Shown here: one piece after another, positions 62,221 to 64,000 of the stretch
How the letters are laid out: every line of letters starts with the position of its first letter
Numbering within the stretch: the first letter of the stretch is position 1
Source: Eukaryota sp. TZLM1-RC
Lineage: Eukaryota; Protista; Metamonada: BaSk clade
Direction: 5' to 3'
Assembly: GCA_040285825.1 (NCBI GenBank)
Contig: JAUPSS010000005.1
Coordinates: 992,001 to 1,056,000, forward strand
Length of the DNA: 64,000 nt
The notes under the pieces: model-generated
Databases searched by the model: none
What the model was told of the DNA's origin: nothing
What the model saw: only the letters and a program-made list of their open reading frames with translations
Position numbers and translations under genes: made by a program

Positions 62221-63659
62221 CAAATCAGAGAGTTTTTGAAAACATCCTGGTCAAAAGTAGTTGCCTCCCTTATAAACATCATGTGGATGGAGTCCCTCAA
62301 GGTTCTAAAGATGCTCCAGATTGGGCCACTTTTAAACCTGATAATCAGAAGTTGCCTGAGCAGGATGATCAACCCAAACATCGCCAAATCCTAGACTTGA
62401 GCGAGATGCTACCATCTGAAGAAGCAAATCAATTGTTATTCTCGACTCCTTCAGTAGCACCGTATCTAGGAAGAAGACTATCATCTGCACAAGCTTCTGG
62501 ACAGAGTACTCCTGTTCCTCCCACTATTCCCTTGGTAGCTAGTAGTCCTTCAACTAACATACCAAGAGATCCTTTAGTTCTTTCCTCTGGTGTATACATC
62601 AAACCATTCACTGATGAAGAAAAGCTCATCAAGAAAATAGAAGAAAGGAAAAGACAACTAAAGAAACTGGATGATGGTTTTGATTCCAAGAAAATTTTCG
62701 AAGTCTAAGAAAGATTTTGGTGGACTCTGGCGATTATAGCAATTGGAGTGAATATATCCCAATTGTACAACTTCAAATCAATTCAACTATTAGTAGAGTT
62801 ACTGGTCATTCGCCCTACAAATTAATGTTTGGTAGCGACCACAGCCCTAGCGCTGATCCTAGTAATATGTTTGAACTAATTAAATCAGCTAATGTTAATA
62901 TTCCCTTTGTTAAAGATCTTGAAGCAAAACTTGAAAGGATTTCAAAGAAGAGAGAAGAGGCAGAGCTCAGGCAAGCTCAACAACTGCCTGAAGTTAACAA
63001 ACATAGGAACCCTTTTGATAAAGGTGACTTAGTTTTGCGATTAAAAACTAATGGTAAACTCCATGGTTGCTTCGCTGGCCCTTTTCTCATTGAAGAAGTA
63101 AAATCCAATAAAAGCTTATTGCTCCAGAACTTAGTCACTGGTTCGTTATCTACAGCTAGTATAAATCATTGTAAACTATACCTTTCAGACTTCCCTAAAG
63201 AAGATCTTGATTGGGATAAGAATATTGCTGCTGGCGATATGGAAGAATCTGTAATCGTTAAAATTATAGATCACTTTGATTACGTAGATTCGAACAATAA
63301 TAAAGTTCCTTATTGCACTGCAGTTTGGTCTGGCGGCGAGACTTCGTCTGTCCCAGTTGCTGACGTCAAAAGCACTGAGGCATATCAAACATATTTGCGC
63401 TCTATTAGTCCTCGCACTACCAGGAAACGGAAGGCATCTTCTAATTCCAAATCTAAGACTAATTCCCCCGCAGTCAGTACTCGTAGCTCTCGTTCGAGAT
63501 CTAAGAGAGGGAAAAGGTAGTGTTGTACTGTGGACAATTAGTCTAGTACATTTGTACTTATATAGTATAGTTCACTAGTGATAGCCTTTATAAGGGCTGG
63601 TAAAATTCTAATAAATTACCCTTATTCTTTGTTATCATATATGGATAAAGCATCACCTG

Positions 63660-64000
63660 TGTAGGCTTATGCCAATATAGGTTATAGTTATATTTGTGTA
63701 TTAGTAGTTACAGTATCACGTGATGCCACGTCATCACTTATTTATCTAGACTCTTGTTCAAATTCTCCTGATTATTCCCACCTTTCTAATAAACACCCCG
63801 TTTTCCTGTATATTACCTCGATGCATCTCCATACTAACCCAACAGTAATTACTGTGGCCCAAACGAGTAATCCTGGCCGAGTTGCCCCAATTCTCCGAAG
63901 TGCTGACCGCTCCTCTTGCTCGCGCTTCGTTGACGAGTTGCGAGACTTTGCCGTCCGTATGTCCTTAATGAGACCTGAACCCGCTCCCACTAATTCCCAG
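63660..64000 (+). mobile_element. LTR element D2: putative 5' LTR 63660-63844 and gag start (ATG 63821); runs off the window
   Basis: TGTAGGCTTATGCC...; MHLHTNPTVITVAQTSNPGRVAPILRSADR matches D1. Confidence 0.85.
63843..63854. other. 12-nt palindrome CAGTAATTACTG at the inferred 5' LTR end (D2)
   Basis: Read directly; it extends to ACAGTAATTACTGT. Confidence 0.8.

Larger units (their letters stand above)
60158..63655 (+). mobile_element. LTR element A2, both LTRs present (60158-60292, 63521-63655; 135 bp), TSD CCTG; non-autonomous deletion derivative
   Basis: CCTG at 60154-60157 and 63656-63659. gag 60278-61559 + 62221-~62705 is joined directly to the integrase C-terminus and chromodomain-like tail (to 63520). 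PPT AAGAGAGGGAAAAGGTAG. Confidence 0.95.

Noticed and set aside
1-64000. rRNA, tRNA, CRISPR or prokaryotic operon features
   Set aside because: None recognised; introns, CCT5 and the transposon content indicate a eukaryotic nuclear locus.

Overview
Eukaryotic (flagellated protist-like) genomic DNA in the standard genetic code, dominated by nested, deleted and rearranged transposons. Host genes: a MORN/RSPH1-like gene, CCT5 (3 tiny introns), a Sec1-family gene, glutamyl-tRNA synthetase (1 tiny intron), a kinase-coiled-coil-LRR gene with an early stop, and an RCC1/LRR pseudogene. Mobile DNA: ten Ty3/Gypsy-like LTR retrotransposon copies in about 7 families (my labels A-G; LTRs 79-187 bp, 4-bp TSDs, chromodomain-like integrase tail), several CRE-like RT+RLE non-LTR elements, and hAT and MULE remnants. 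Two signals stand out. (1) No LTR element has a recognisable tRNA primer-binding site. Instead, 9 of 10 5' LTR ends sit in a perfect 12-nt palindrome CA-NT-NNNN-AN-TG, in five covarying sequence versions, which suggests an undescribed tRNA-independent priming or dimerisation mechanism. (2) Three near-identical 40-nt spliceosomal introns occur in two unrelated housekeeping genes, which is introner-like. All calls come from reading the sequence by eye; no searches were run, and boundaries of degraded elements are approximate.
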